Positions 33,046-43,900 of a DNA stretch of 64,000 nt are shown here, one piece after another. Under the pieces are notes generated by a model. The model was not told the DNA's origin. It searched no databases and saw only the letters and a program-made list of their open reading frames with translations. The translations under genes and the position numbers were made by a program. Numbering within the stretch: the stretch's first letter is position 1; the number at the start of each line of letters is the position of its first letter. The stretch lies in the NCBI GenBank assembly GCA_038142505.1, contig JAYQKD010000005.1, positions 30,217 to 94,216 of the forward strand, written 5' to 3'. The DNA comes from Gammaproteobacteria bacterium (GTDB taxonomy: Bacteria > Pseudomonadota > Gammaproteobacteria > Magnimaribacterales > D2472).

Positions 33046-35328
33046 ATGAAAAGGTTCTTTTTAACTACCCTTCTATTTTCGACGATTCTAATGAAAGCTG
33101 AGTCAATAGTTATTGATGGAGTTCTAGATGAGCCTGAGTGGGCAAATGCCTTTTCTATTAGTGAGTTTTATCAAACTTCTCCATTTAATCTTACAAAAGT
33201 CAGAAGGTGAAACACTGGTCTACATATTTTCAAATGAAGATGGTATTTATGTTGGTTTTATTAACAAACAAAGTAATTCATCTATGTTATCTAAAAAGAC
33301 CTTGAGAGATGAAATGACATCATTGAGCGACAAAAACTCCATTAATATTGATTTTGATGGCGATGGGAATAAGGCTTATATTTTAGTTGTAAATCTTGGA
33401 GATTCTTTGTTTGATGCTATCAAGATTAAAACAGGCGATTTCAAAACGGATTGGGATGGAGATTGGATAGCAAAAACTAAAAAGCATGATGGATATTGGG
33501 TCTCTGAATTTTATTTACCATGGAATCTTGTTCTTATGAATCAACCTGCAGGAGATAAAAGAACAATAAAATATTCCGTCTTACGTTATAAAGCTAAAGA
33601 CAAATTTGGGTAAGCAGCTCAGGATCAATGGCTAGTAGACCAGACTATTTTGAGAAACTAGATTCCTTAGAAATTGCTAACTATACAAAATCAAAATTAA
33701 ACTTTTTTCCATATGTGTCTTCCAATCAAAATTCAGTTACAAAATTTGAAGATAACAAAATAGGAGCAGAAATTTTCTATAACTCAGGAACAGGTAAGCA
33801 AATTAATGCAACATTTAATCCAGATTTTGGTCAGGCTGAGAGTGATGATGTTGTAATAAATTTTTCAGCTCGAGAAACTTTTTATTCTGAGAAAAGAGCC
33901 TTTTTTAATGAAAATCAGTCCCTTTTTAATATTAATAACTATGATCGTTATACGGTTATGAATACTAGAAGAATTGGTTCGGCTCCAAGCTATAAATGTT
34001 CGGAAGAGGAGAATATTGATGAATGTGAAAATTCAAAGAAAAATTATTCAGACATAGATTATGCTTTGAGGTATTCACAAAAAACAGGAAAAACAGAATT
34101 AGGATTCTTTACTGCAAGAGAGGCGGATGAATCCTTTTCTGTAGGAAGAAATTTTTATGCTCTTAGATCAAGAACCGATTTTGGCAACAAAACACTTGGA
34201 TATATGTTGACTCATGTTGATGATAGTTTTAATAACAAAACAGCAACTGTTAATGTAATTGATTATGTAAATGTGAAATCAGATCAATTAACTTATTTTA
34301 CAGATCTACTTTTTTCTGAAAAAGACGATGACTCTAGATTTGGTTATAGGTCGCAATTTAACTATCAGCCTTCAAATTTTTCTTATATATCCGGAAGCAT
34401 CTTATATTTTGATGAAAATTTTCAGTTAAATGATTTTGGTTATCTCAGAAGAGCTGATTGGATTCATGTTGGTCTTGGTGGGGGATTTAAGCAAATAAAC
34501 TTTTCAAAAGAGTCACCTGTAGATCAAGTTGATATGAATGTTGACTTTAATTATGATGCCGACTCAAATGGGAATTCAAACCCTATTAGAATTGATCAAA
34601 AAAATGAAATTACCTTTAAGGACACATCAAAACTTAAGTTTGATTTTGGTATTAAAACCTCAGGCAAAAACACAACAATAACTAGAAAAAATCCTGATTT
34701 TCCATTTGTAAAAATCAAAAAGAAAAAAAATATAACTTTGGATTTTGAAGCAGTTAATTATAAATTTTGGACCTACGATTGGAGAATTAGTTTTGAAAAA
34801 GGAGACAAATATAACTCCTGGAACTCTGATGGCTACAAAAGAGAGTTTTATAAGATAGCAGGCTCATATTTCCCAAATGATAATCTAAAGATAAATCTAC
34901 AATACAGAATTCGAAAAGAAAATGAATGGCTTATATGGACTGAGGATAATAAGTTTGGTTTGTATGACTCTGAGCAAGACACTGTCTCTATAGGCTTAAA
35001 TTGGTTTAGTGGGAATAAGCATGAAATCAGATTAAAAAGTCAATTTGTTGCACTTCAGGCAGATAATCCACAAAGTTTAATTTCTGATAGTGGTGGCTAC
35101 TTATATGACTCAGATGACTTGATAAAGCCATTCACTCAAGGCGTTGTTTCGTTTCAAGTAAGATATAAGTACGAAATTGCCCCTCTATCCTACCTTTATC
35201 TTGTGTATTCAAAAGGTGGAACTAGTTATGATGAAGATGAAGATTATTCTAAATCTGAAATTTTTAATCAACCATGGAACAACCCTTCAGACGAAGTATA
35301 TTCAATCAAGTTTAGATTAAAGTATTAG
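33046..35328 (+). pseudogene. secreted CBM9-like / DUF5916-type large beta-rich protein, two frameshifts
   Basis: Signal peptide MKRFFLTTLLFSTILMKA, IDGVLDEPEW (CBM9-like start), and a C-terminal ...FRLKY aromatic end. There is an extra A in A4 33195-33198 and a missing G in G3 33608-33610. Confidence 0.6.
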
Positions 35329-36873
35329 TTATTTTAAAAAGTCTTTATAGGCTTTATTAGAAGTCTCTTCAATAAATATAGTATCTGTCTTATTAAGGTG
35401 TTTGATAAGATGTAACTTGTTCGAATTGCTGTCTTCTATTCCAATTAATATTTTTCCGAATGCTGATCCAAGATTCCTATAATGAAATAATGATATGTTC
35501 CAGTTGCTACCAAATTTTTCTAAGAATGTTAAAAGAGCTCCTGGCTTTTCAGGAAATTCGCCTCGAAAAATTCTCTCATTTTTATGACCTTTTTGATTGA
35601 TTCTTCCTCCCACCATATGTCGTAGATGGTCATTAGAAATCTCATTTCTTGTAAGGTCTTTATAAGCAAAGCCTGATTTTTTTAATTTATTTTTTATGGC
35701 TTGATATGATTTATCTGTCTTTGTTCTAACACCAACAAGAACATATGCATCATTTAGATCTGATTTTCTATAATTGAACTCGGTTATTAACGATGATCCA
35801 AATATTCTGGAGAGATTTAAAAAACTTCCTGGTTGTTCCGGTATTTTTATACTAAGTATTTTTTCTCTATTTTCACCAAGCTCAGATCTTTCAACAATAA
35901 AGTTCAATCTTTGGAAGTTAACATTAGCACCACTACTAATAGCTAATAAATTTTTACCCTTAATTTTCTTTGAATAAACTTTTAGTCCAGCTAAGGCAAG
36001 TGCTCCCGCTGGCTCTGATAGCACTCTAGTATCTTCAAATATATCTTTTACAGCAGCGCAAACCTCATCTACTGTTACTGTTATAACCTCGTCTACACAT
36101 TCTTTTAAAACATCAAAATTATTTTTACCAACTTGAGATACTGCTACGCCATCTGCAAATAAACCAACTTCTTTGAGCGTAATCCTTTTATTAGCTTTTA
36201 TTGCTTCTGTAAAACAAGCTGAGTCCTCTACTTCCACTCCAATTATCTTGATTTTTTTGTTGTGCTGAGCAATCCACGAAGAGACGCCGGCTAGAATTCC
36301 CCCGCCTCCAACTGGAACAAATATAGCATCATAATGATTATCATCCTCAAGAATTTCTTTACCAATAGTTCCTTGACCAGCAATTGTATAAGGGTCATCA
36401 AAGGGATGGACAAAGGTTAATTTCTTTTTCTTTGATAAAGATTTTGCCTCATGTAAAGCTGTATTTACATCGTCACCATGCTGTATTATTTTTGCGCCAA
36501 ACCTTTTTACATCTTTAATTTTTATCTCAGGTGTTGTTATAGGCATTACAATGGTGCACTTTATTTTTAATTTTTTACAAGCACTTGCAACTCCCTGTGC
36601 ATGATTACCCGCTGAGGCAGCTATAACACCCCTCTTCTTTTCAGAATCAGATAAATTGATTATTTTGTTATAAGCTCCTCTATTTTTAAAAGAAAAAATT
36701 GGTTGTAAATCTTCTCTTTTTAAAAAGATTTTATTCTTTTCTTTTAGAGATAAATTAGGTGCAAATGTTATGGGCGAGTTTATTGCTACATCATATACAG
36801 ATGCATTTTCAATTAGCTTTATATATCTTTTAGAGTTCTTAAAAGAACCTGTTTTCTTTATTTTTAATCTCAA
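35329..36873 (-). CDS. ilvA: biosynthetic threonine ammonia-lyase (two C-terminal regulatory domains)
   Basis: FSFKNRGAYNK PLP lysine motif, SAGNHAQGVA, GGGGILAG, NISLFHYRN. Colinear with E. coli IlvA. TTG start. Confidence 0.92.
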   Translation of the reverse strand: MRLKIKKTGSFKNSKRYIKLIENASVYDVAINSPITFAPNLSLKEKNKIFLKREDLQPIFSFKNRGAYNKIINLSDSEKKRGVIAASAGNHAQGVASACKKLKIKCTIVMPITTPEIKIKDVKRFGAKIIQHGDDVNTALHEAKSLSKKKKLTFVHPFDDPYTIAGQGTIGKEILEDDNHYDAIFVPVGGGGILAGVSSWIAQHNKKIKIIGVEVEDSACFTEAIKANKRITLKEVGLFADGVAVSQVGKNNFDVLKECVDEVITVTVDEVCAAVKDIFEDTRVLSEPAGALALAGLKVYSKKIKGKNLLAISSGANVNFQRLNFIVERSELGENREKILSIKIPEQPGSFLNLSRIFGSSLITEFNYRKSDLNDAYVLVGVRTKTDKSYQAIKNKLKKSGFAYKDLTRNEISNDHLRHMVGGRINQKGHKNERIFRGEFPEKPGALLTFLEKFGSNWNISLFHYRNLGSAFGKILIGIEDSNSNKLHLIKHLNKTDTIFIEETSNKAYKDFLK

Positions 36874-36912
36874 GATAATTATCTATTGTTATTTTTCTTG
36901 TATTATACAGAT

Positions 36913-37551
36913 ATGAGTAGCTCAAAGATAAATGTTGCTAAACAAGCAATAGATTATATTAAAGATAAACTTCATCCTGAAATGATTTTGGGTATTGGAA
37001 CTGGCTCTACTGTAAATTTTTTTATAGAAGAACTTGGTGCATATAAAAATTTATTTGCTGGTGCGGTATCAAGCTCGGAAGCATCTTCGAACTTATTAAA
37101 TGAAAAAGGTATTGAGGTTTTTAATCTAAATGATGTTATGGATATTGCCTATTACATAGATGGTGCTGATGAAGTTTCTCCAAATTATGAGCTAATAAAG
37201 GGAGGTGGTGGTGCTCATACAAGAGAGAAAATCGTTGCGTCTGCTTCCAATGAATTTGTATGTATTGTTGATGAAACAAAACTAGTGTCACAGCTTGGAG
37301 CTTTTCCATTGCCTGTAGAGGTTCTTCCAGAAAGTAGAAGCTTAGTTGCAAGAAAAATTGTCTCTATGGGAGGAACGCCGATATATAGGGCCGGTTTTAT
37401 TACCGACCAAGGTAATGAAATATTGGATATCAAAGATCTTGATATATCAAACCCAGAAGCGATAGAAGCTTTGCTTAATAACATTCCTGGGGTTGTAGAT
37501 AACGGAATCTTTGCTTTTAACAAGCCCAAGAAAGTTTTAGTATCCAGCTAG
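36913..37551 (+). CDS. rpiA: ribose-5-phosphate isomerase A
   Basis: GIGTGSTVNFFIEEL, DGADEV, KGGGGAHTREK, GVVDNGIF. ATG 36913 is preferred over the upstream alternative start. Confidence 0.92.
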   Translation: MSSSKINVAKQAIDYIKDKLHPEMILGIGTGSTVNFFIEELGAYKNLFAGAVSSSEASSNLLNEKGIEVFNLNDVMDIAYYIDGADEVSPNYELIKGGGGAHTREKIVASASNEFVCIVDETKLVSQLGAFPLPVEVLPESRSLVARKIVSMGGTPIYRAGFITDQGNEILDIKDLDISNPEAIEALLNNIPGVVDNGIFAFNKPKKVLVSS

Positions 37552-37553
37552 TA

Positions 37554-38081
37554 TTAAAGTATTTCTTCGATTGCAGAAATTAACTCAAGAGAATCTGGCT
37601 TCACACCAGATTTAAATGTTGAAACAACTCTTCCCTCTTTTGAAATTAAATACTTATTAAAATTCCATGTTGGCTCAACACCAGATTCCTCTTTTAATTT
37701 TTTATAAAAAGGGTGCGCCTTCTTCCCTCTTACTTTTACTGTTGCGAACATAGGAAATTCAACGCCGTATTCAGTGGAACAAAACTCAGCCACAGCACTT
37801 TCTTTGGAATATTCTTGAAAGAAATCTCTTGATGGAACACCCAAAACTACAAAGTCATTATCTTTATATTTTTCATAAAGATTTTGAAGACCAGAATATT
37901 GATACGTATAACCACATCTGCTGGCGACGTTAACCACTAGCAATGTCTTGCCTTCATATGCACATAAATTTTGTGATTCTGCAGAATCTAGTATTCGCAT
38001 ATCAGAATTAAGAAGATTCGGACAGGCATGAATATTTTGAACAACGAAAAAACAAAAAAAGCTGAACAAGATTTTTTTCAT
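37554..38081 (-). CDS. glutathione peroxidase (Cys type) with signal peptide
   Basis: VVNVASRCGYTYQY...LYEKY, PSRDFFQE, WNFNKYLI. Confidence 0.88.
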   Translation of the reverse strand: MKKILFSFFCFFVVQNIHACPNLLNSDMRILDSAESQNLCAYEGKTLLVVNVASRCGYTYQYSGLQNLYEKYKDNDFVVLGVPSRDFFQEYSKESAVAEFCSTEYGVEFPMFATVKVRGKKAHPFYKKLKEESGVEPTWNFNKYLISKEGRVVSTFKSGVKPDSLELISAIEEIL

Positions 38082-38108
38082 TAAAAAATTATATATATTT
38101 AATGGCGA

Positions 38109-38291
38109 TTAAGCTATTGGGCCTATTGCAAGAACAGAGATCACAAAAACACTTACTAAAATTACAGTTTCAAATAATTCTTTATATTTACTCATTTTAT
38201 AATTCTTAATTAAAAATGGAGGGACTGAGCCCTCCATATGATTCCAGAGTGTCAGCAAATCTAATAGGGGGAGAGGAGTGCTGACATGCAT
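38109..38291 (-). CDS. small protein with C-terminal hydrophobic helix; start ambiguous (60, 42 or 28 aa)
   Basis: The ORF ends in FETVILVSVFVISVLAIGPIA. Its 5' half coincides with two strong hairpins and may be non-coding leader. The shortest version, MSKYKEL..., starts at 38195. Confidence 0.3.
   Translation of the reverse strand: MHVSTPLPLLDLLTLWNHMEGSVPPFLIKNYKMSKYKELFETVILVSVFVISVLAIGPIA
38205..38237 (-). terminator. intrinsic-terminator-like hairpin in the leader upstream of the small ORF and gpx
   Basis: The minus strand reads ATGGAGGG-CTCAGT-CCCTCCAT-TTTTAATT. Perfect 8-bp stem, 38230-38237 pairing with 38216-38223. Confidence 0.45.
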
Positions 38292-38292
38292 T

Positions 38293-38320
38293 ATTATATA
38301 TACTTATATTATATTATCAA
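38293..38320 (-). promoter_or_regulatory. sigma70-like promoter candidate TTGATA-16 nt-TATAAT
   Basis: Minus strand TTGATA at 38320-38315 and TATAAT at 38298-38293. The AT-rich background makes chance matches likely. Confidence 0.3.
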
Positions 38321-38412
38321 TACTTTTTATAAAATAAATTTAAATTATTCTAAATAATCGCTAAATGTGCGATTTTATAAGGATAAATATGCTTATTTTT
38401 TATGTATAATGC

Positions 38413-40593
38413 ATGTCTAATTTATTTACGGAGTATAAATTGAAAGGAACAGTCCACTATGAAATTGTTGATAGCGTTGCGCTTTTAACTGTAGATAACC
38501 CCCCTGTGAATCCTCTGAGTGAGGGTGTTAGGAATGGTCTTTTTGAAGGCATTGCTAAAGCAGAGGCTGATAATGATGTTGTTGGTGTAGTTGTTACAGG
38601 TAAAGGAAGAGCATTTATAGCTGGAGCAGATATTTCTGAATTTGGTGGAAATATGAGCGGACATAGCTTAAATGACGTATTTAAAAGCATGGAGTATTGT
38701 TCCAAGCCTTTGGTAGCTGCTATTAATGGTATAACTCTTGGTGGTGGACTTGAAACTGCGCTTTGTTGTAACTATAGAATAGCCTCTAAACAAGCATTTG
38801 TTGGTCTACCTGAGGTAAATTTAGGCCTTTTACCTGGTGGAGGTGGAACACAAAGACTTCCTAGGCTGGCTGGCCCTGCAGAAGCGCTTAAAATGATGCT
38901 TACAGGAGCACATATACCTGCCAAAAAAGCTTTAGATATGGGAATTGTAGACTCACTGTCTGATAATGTTGTAGAAGATTCTATTCAATTTGCTAAAGAA
39001 AAGGCAAAAGAAGGCTCTAATCACCCTAAAGTTCGTGATCTTAATGAAAAAATGATCGAAGCAAGAGGATCAGAAAATGTTTTAGTTGAGGCGCAAGCTT
39101 TGGCAGCTAAGGCAAGAAAGGGCCAATTTGCCCCTGGTCAAATCATTAAATGTGTTGAGGCTGCTATAAATCTTGATGATTTTGATGAAGGCTTAAAAAA
39201 AGAAGGAGAGTTATTTGTTGAGTGCCTAATGCATCCACAAAGAGAAGCAATGATTCATATATTCTTTGGAGAGCGAGCTGCATCAAAAATTTCAGATGTT
39301 CCTGCCGACACCCCTTCAATGGATATTAAAAAAGCTGGAATCATTGGATCAGGAACTATGGGTGGAGGTATTGCTATGTGTTTTGCTAATGCAGGAATTC
39401 CAGTCCATATAATTGATCAAGACGAAGAAAATTTGAAAAGAGGTCTTTCTGTAATAGAAAAAAATTATGACTTTATGGTTGGCAAGGGTCGAATGACGCC
39501 CGAGCAAAAAGATATGGTTTTTGGACTAATATCATCAAGCCTTGAATATAAAGATTTACATGATGTCGATATTGCAATCGAGGCTGTATATGAAAATCTA
39601 GATTTAAAATTAGAAATTTTTAAAAATCTTGATGAGCATACTAATGAAAATGCAATACTTGCAAGTAACACATCTGGATTAGATGTAGATGCAATAGCAT
39701 CAGTAACTAAAAGGCCTGATAAGGTAGTAGGTACTCACTTCTTTAGTCCAGCTAATATCATGAGATTGTTAGAAGTAGTTCGTGGAGAACAGACATCTCA
39801 CGAAACACTAGCTAGTGTAATGACAGTTAGTAAGAAGATAAAAAAAGCTGCGGTTGTATCTCTTAATGCACCAGGTTTTATTGGCAATAGGATGCTTTTT
39901 AATTACACAGCACAGGCTAATATGCTTCTTCTTGAGGGCGCCCTTCCCCATCAAATTGATCAAGCTATAGAATCATTTGGATTAAATATGGGCCCATTTA
40001 GAATGATGGATTTAGTTGGTCTTGATCTTGGCTGGAGAGCAAGAAAGCTTAGCGGTGTTGAATCGCCACTTCATGCAAAGATTGGAGATTATTTATGTGA
40101 TAACGATAGATTTGGTCAAAAAAACGGCAAAGGTTATTACAACTATAGTGAAGGCTCAAGAGCTCCTAACCCTGCTCCAGAAAACGAAGAAGTCTATGAA
40201 AAGATTTCTTCAGAGAATGGTTTTACAAGAAGAGAAATTTCAGATGAAGAAATTACTGACAGGTGTATCTTAGCTCTTATTAATGAAGGAGCTGATATAT
40301 TATCAGAGGGTGTAGCCCAGAGAGCAGCGGATATAGATGTTGTTTATATTAATGGTTATGGTTTTCCAATATGGAGAGGTGGGCCAATGCATCATGCCAA
40401 TGCTATGGGCTTAGACGTAGTTGTTGATAAATTAAAGAAATATCATGAAATTACTGGAAATGATGCATACAAACCTAGTGAATTACTAATAAAACTTGCA
40501 CAAAGTGGAGAAAAGCTAAATGTTGCGCCTTCAGGGGACGATAGAAAAGAAAAACTTAATTTTGCTATGTCCTCAGTTGCAGGCAACTTTTAG
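38413..40593 (+). CDS. multifunctional fatty-acid oxidation protein (enoyl-CoA hydratase + 3-hydroxyacyl-CoA dehydrogenase), FadB/FadJ-like
   Basis: N-terminal crotonase fold (FIAGADI, GGGLE), then GSGTMGGGIA Rossmann motif and the 3HCDH C-terminal domains. 726 aa, intact. No adjacent thiolase. Confidence 0.88.
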   Translation: MSNLFTEYKLKGTVHYEIVDSVALLTVDNPPVNPLSEGVRNGLFEGIAKAEADNDVVGVVVTGKGRAFIAGADISEFGGNMSGHSLNDVFKSMEYCSKPLVAAINGITLGGGLETALCCNYRIASKQAFVGLPEVNLGLLPGGGGTQRLPRLAGPAEALKMMLTGAHIPAKKALDMGIVDSLSDNVVEDSIQFAKEKAKEGSNHPKVRDLNEKMIEARGSENVLVEAQALAAKARKGQFAPGQIIKCVEAAINLDDFDEGLKKEGELFVECLMHPQREAMIHIFFGERAASKISDVPADTPSMDIKKAGIIGSGTMGGGIAMCFANAGIPVHIIDQDEENLKRGLSVIEKNYDFMVGKGRMTPEQKDMVFGLISSSLEYKDLHDVDIAIEAVYENLDLKLEIFKNLDEHTNENAILASNTSGLDVDAIASVTKRPDKVVGTHFFSPANIMRLLEVVRGEQTSHETLASVMTVSKKIKKAAVVSLNAPGFIGNRMLFNYTAQANMLLLEGALPHQIDQAIESFGLNMGPFRMMDLVGLDLGWRARKLSGVESPLHAKIGDYLCDNDRFGQKNGKGYYNYSEGSRAPNPAPENEEVYEKISSENGFTRREISDEEITDRCILALINEGADILSEGVAQRAADIDVVYINGYGFPIWRGGPMHHANAMGLDVVVDKLKKYHEITGNDAYKPSELLIKLAQSGEKLNVAPSGDDRKEKLNFAMSSVAGNF

Positions 40594-40615
40594 TAGGTAT
40601 GTTCAATTTGGGGTG

Positions 40616-41155
40616 TTAGGCTCTAATTAGAACTTTTGTCCCAATATTTACTAAATTAAATAATTCAATTACATCATAATTAAACATTCTAATGCAGCCA
40701 TGTGATGCTTTTGTGCCTATTAGGCCCTCTTCATGGGTTCCGTGAATGTATATGTATCTTCGAAAAGAGTCTACATTTCCACCTTTGTTGAAACCATCCT
40801 CTTCGCCATCTAGCCACATTATTCTGGATGTAACATAGTCATTATCGGTATCTTCAAACTGATCAATTATAGTTGCAGATCTCTTAGTATTTATTCTTGA
40901 AGTAAATATAGTGTTTATCTCTGCTTCTTCACCAATCATCTCTTTAATAGAATGTTTCCCAAGCGGTGTTTTGAATGAATTTTCAATGCTACCCTCTCCA
41001 TATTTAGATGTTGAGATTGGATAAGAGGCTTTAATTAAGCTGTTTTCTATCAAATATAGTCTTTGTTCAGATATATCAACTTCAATATGGGCACTTTCAG
41101 CATATGTAATTACTGAGAACAGCAATAATGTTAATATTTTTTTCTTTTTGAGCAT
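40616..41155 (-). CDS. L,D-transpeptidase (YkuD domain) with signal peptide
   Basis: IYIHGTHEEGLIGTKASHGCIRM catalytic motif. The start overlaps the lnt 3' end by 25 nt. Confidence 0.85.
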   Translation of the reverse strand: MLKKKKILTLLLFSVITYAESAHIEVDISEQRLYLIENSLIKASYPISTSKYGEGSIENSFKTPLGKHSIKEMIGEEAEINTIFTSRINTKRSATIIDQFEDTDNDYVTSRIMWLDGEEDGFNKGGNVDSFRRYIYIHGTHEEGLIGTKASHGCIRMFNYDVIELFNLVNIGTKVLIRA

Positions 41156-42599
41156 AAATCAATTATAAACGATGTTAAAACCATTATTAAAGCCAAAATA
41201 AATGGAATATAGTGTCCAAAAATATTATATAGGCTTCTTTTATAAGTAAAATTAATACCAGAATTAATTACACCAGAGATATTTTTATCTAATTTATCAA
41301 CAATTGTTCCATTATTAGTTATTATTGCTGAAATTCCATCATTGGTAGCTCTTATAATCCATTTATTATTTTCAATAGCTCTAATTCTTGTTATTGCTAG
41401 ATGCTGATATGGGCCCATTGATTTCCCAAACCAAGTGTCATTGCTAACATTAATCATAAAATTAGAACTAATGTTGCTTTTTCTTACAGTATTTCCAAAA
41501 GCTACATCAAAACAAATTAGCGGTGAGAAGCTTACCCCATCTATACTGTTAATTCGAATATTATTCTGATTACTGCTGCCATGAGATACATTTGACATGG
41601 GCATATCAAAAAAATCTATTAGGCCTCTTAATGAGCTTGTGAAGGGTATATATTCACCAAATGGCACTAGATGTCTTTTATTATAGATTTCGTTAGTATT
41701 AACGTTGATTAATGAGTTAAAGAGAGTTTTATCGTAAATATTCCAAACACCCATAATTATTTCTTTATCTTTTTTATTAATTTTATTAATAAACTGACTA
41801 AAATCATTTGAATTTAAAGAATATGGAAGCTCTGCTTCAGGAAGCACAATCATTTGAGATTCTGCTGAGGTGTCTTTTATCAGATCAAGAATATTATTTT
41901 CAATATATGATTTATAACCAAGATTATATTTTTGAAATGGGTCGGAGGAGGGTTGAATTATTGAAACGTTAAGATCGAATTCAGTACTTTCGTTTTTTTC
42001 AATTATTGGAATAAATAATACCAAAGATCCAAAAAATATTTTATATCTATGCTCCCAAAAAATTGCTATTGAAGTAGCTATGAGATAAACAATGAAAGAG
42101 CCTCCTGTAACTCCAACAAGAGAATAAATTGCATGAAGTGGTGTATCAAGAAAAACAGTTCCTGGAATTAACCACGGAACCCCATTTAATAAATAATATC
42201 TTGATAATTCAAACAAAATTAGAAGACTTGAAATAGAAAAAATTTTTAAATGTTTAGACCCTTCGCCTTACCGCTAAATAATCTGTATTTTAATGCTATT
42301 AAAGGTAATCCAAAGCATAGTGTAAGGAATAAAGTTAATAGAATAAAAATAATAAGAGATATTAATATACTTGTTTCTCCATAATAGTAAACACTTACTA
42401 TTAACCATGACATTCCAAAACCCCAATGACCAATTGCCCAAGATATTAATTTCTTAAATGTATAGTTATTTTCAAATAATATAGATCTTATTAAGTATGC
42501 ATATGATACTAATATCAGTGGCTTGATGGAGAAGGGCGCAAAGGCAAAAATTCCAATAAGCCCAAACACGAATGCAGCGAAATATTGCTTGAGGGCCAT
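41131..42599 (-). pseudogene. lnt: apolipoprotein N-acyltransferase, one frameshift at 42259-42261
   Basis: N-terminal polytopic membrane part (42246-42599) and the CN-hydrolase domain (LPEAE, CFD, the latter holding the catalytic Cys) in adjacent frames. One extra G in the G3 run (minus strand) gives ...GKAKGSKHLKIFSISS.... Confidence 0.88.
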
Positions 42600-43453
42600 T
42601 AAGATTTTGTTATCTGAACTTTATCTATTTTTCTGTCATCAGCATGGGTAACTTTGATGGATAGATTTTCAATTTTTACAACGTCACCTTTTTTAGGGAG
42701 CACCCCTAATTCGCTAATAATAAATCCACCCAATGTTTCTGCATCGATCTCTAGAGGATCTATATTTAGATTAAAAAACTCTGTGAAGTCTTCAATTTCA
42801 ACCTTAGCATCTGCTGTATAGATATTTTGTGATATTTTAATTATTTCTTCTTCATCAATATCGTGTTCGTCTTCAATTTCACCCACTAACTCCTCAAGGA
42901 TGTCCTCGATGGTAACTAGTCCCGATATAGTTCCATATTCATCAATGACAACAGCAAGATGTGATCTATCTTTCTTGAACTCTTCAAGCAATGAATCAGC
43001 TTTTTTGGTTTCAGGGACTACATTTGCGTCTCGTAGCATTTCAGACAGGCTAAATTCTTCAATTCCACCATAAATTTTAGGCAACATGTCTTTTGCAAGC
43101 AAAATACCTTTTACTTCATCCCTTTCCTGCCCTAATACCGGATATCTAGAATGACCAGACGCAATGATCTTTTCTATAATGGAGCCAATCTCTTCATCAA
43201 TTCCAAATGTCACCATATCAACTTTAGGAACCATTATTTCTTTGACTGTTGTATTACCAAGTCTTATAGCTTTGTTAGCAATGGATTCTGCTTCTTTATC
43301 AATGATATTAAGGTCAACAGCATCTTTTAGGAAGTCTGTGACCTCAGAAACAGATTGAGTCTTAATAAAAAATGGATTTCTAAAAAATTTTTTTATTTTT
43401 GATAAGAATCCCGAAGGAGGGTGACTGTCGTCGCTATCTAAATTTTGATTCAT
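42599..43453 (-). CDS. corC: magnesium/cobalt efflux-associated CBS-domain protein CorC (YbeX)
   Basis: CBS pair plus CorC_HlyC C-terminal domain, in the conserved ybeZYX-lnt operon position. Confidence 0.88.
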   Translation of the reverse strand: MNQNLDSDDSHPPSGFLSKIKKFFRNPFFIKTQSVSEVTDFLKDAVDLNIIDKEAESIANKAIRLGNTTVKEIMVPKVDMVTFGIDEEIGSIIEKIIASGHSRYPVLGQERDEVKGILLAKDMLPKIYGGIEEFSLSEMLRDANVVPETKKADSLLEEFKKDRSHLAVVIDEYGTISGLVTIEDILEELVGEIEDEHDIDEEEIIKISQNIYTADAKVEIEDFTEFFNLNIDPLEIDAETLGGFIISELGVLPKKGDVVKIENLSIKVTHADDRKIDKVQITKS

Positions 43454-43900
43454 TTAATATGGATTACTAATATTTATTTTTTTTAAAGTTTGTATTTCTT
43501 TGTTTTCCATGATCACAGCATTTTCATTATTTTCATGATCATATCCAAGTATATGATATACACCATGAGCCAACATGTGAATAATATGATCATCAAAAGT
43601 TTTTCCTTCTTTTTTAGCTTCCGCTTTCACATATTCAACACTAATTGCAATATCGCCAATATTTTTTGTTTGTTTTACTGAAATATCGTCATTTGGAAAA
43701 GATAATACATTTGTGGTTTTATCTTTTTGACGAAATTGCATATTTAATTTTTTCATTTCCTTGTCATTCAATAAGCGAAGATTTATAACGCAATCAGACA
43801 TTTTCTCTTGGTCAAGAATTGTGGACACAACCTTATTTAATTTATTATTGAGGGGCTTTTCAATATCAATGCCCTCATCTAGAGAAATTATTAAGCTCAC
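43454..43900 (-). CDS. ybeY: rRNA maturation endoribonuclease YbeY
   Basis: HMLAHGVYHILGYDH zinc motif, 148 aa. Confidence 0.92.
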   Translation of the reverse strand: MSLIISLDEGIDIEKPLNNKLNKVVSTILDQEKMSDCVINLRLLNDKEMKKLNMQFRQKDKTTNVLSFPNDDISVKQTKNIGDIAISVEYVKAEAKKEGKTFDDHIIHMLAHGVYHILGYDHENNENAVIMENKEIQTLKKINISNPY

